From Chrysomallon squamiferum (Eukaryota > Animalia > Mollusca): a DNA stretch of 64,000 nt. Positions 62,914 through 64,000 of the stretch are shown here, piece after piece (position 1 is the stretch's first letter; the number at the start of each line of letters is the position of its first letter). The stretch covers positions 31,186,001-31,250,000 of the forward strand of contig CM022665.1 in NCBI GenBank assembly GCA_012295275.1, in the 5' to 3' direction. A program made the translations under genes and the position numbers. Under the pieces are notes generated by a model, which was not told the DNA's origin, did no database searches, and worked only from the letters and a program-made list of their open reading frames with translations.

Positions 62914-63550
62914 TAGCTTTCATGAACAAGGTAATTATCTTTAATGGTGAGGATTGCATAAAATAATGAGTTTATTACAAGACCATATCAAATAATTTTC
63001 AGCTAAAAGAATTTATTATAAAAAGTTATTTTAGTAATTTATTTATTAAAACTGATAAACAATAAAAACCTATGAAAATTGCTAAGATTTAAATTTTAAA
63101 ATACATGTCTAATGCTAGCCACACAAAGCAAACCAGCTGCTATTGTAGTTTTAATTATGCACATTATCTGGCACATTAATATGTATGAAGTGAATAAAAA
63201 AATATTTGTTCATAAATAAAAGATTATTTAAATTTTTTATTTGAAACTACTAATATAAAAAGAAATTAATAATTAAAACTAACTGAAAGTTTAAAAACAT
63301 GTCTGTCAGAACTTTCTAAATCCATAAAAAATTCTTAATCTTGTAAAGTGTCGCATTTAATTTTTGCTAAATTTAACCCATCTGTGTTGATTTTTTTTTC
63401 TGTTTTGTTTTGTTTGTTGTTGTTTTTTGCCAGAGATTGTTTTTCACTTTAGAATAATGATATAACAAGAATAATTAAATCAGCATTAAGTTAAAAATTA
63501 TATTTAAAATTTCATGATGCAGTTAATATTTTAACTAATTTAATTATTAA

Positions 63551-63802
<252 letters not shown>

Positions 63803-64000
63803 TAATAAAGATTTGCAGTGCAGTGCTTATAGGAATAGGCTAAAATAAGTTTTATTTATAAATTATGATGTTTAATCATAATACTTAGTATAATTTATTT
63901 TTTAATAAATGTCTACAAAGTTGTAAGATTAGTATGTAGAAACAGTTTTAAGATTTGTTTTTGTTTATTTGTTGATTTGTGATGGCTATAATCATTTAAC

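Overview
AT-rich, microsatellite-rich eukaryotic genomic DNA. The synaptotagmin protein looks molluscan, probably gastropod (inference). The window holds a complete intron-containing synaptotagmin-1 gene on the minus strand (CDS 29784->13333, 8 coding exons per mRNA, 1296 nt = 431 aa + stop). That gene has a tandem pair of 134-nt mutually exclusive C2B exons (18330-18463 and 17594-17727) and a tandem 'VQ' acceptor. The first three exons of a cytosolic acetyl-CoA acetyltransferase (ACAT2-like thiolase) lie divergently on the plus strand from 61949. Also present: an orphan, apparently broken galectin-like exon (3940-4138), a 567-bp MITE with TIRs and an 8-bp TSD (2310-2876), a dispersed repeat family and several minisatellites. 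The most interesting signal is in the introns around the mutually exclusive exons. One downstream 'docking' sequence (16900-16917) is complementary to a 'selector' behind each alternative exon (18223-18239 and 17403-17419). In addition, the inter-exon intron can fold into nested stems next to a 130-nt AG-free zone. Together these suggest a competing RNA-structure splicing switch. All pairings were found by eye and have not been tested computationally or experimentally. Most ORFs in the supplied track are low-complexity noise.
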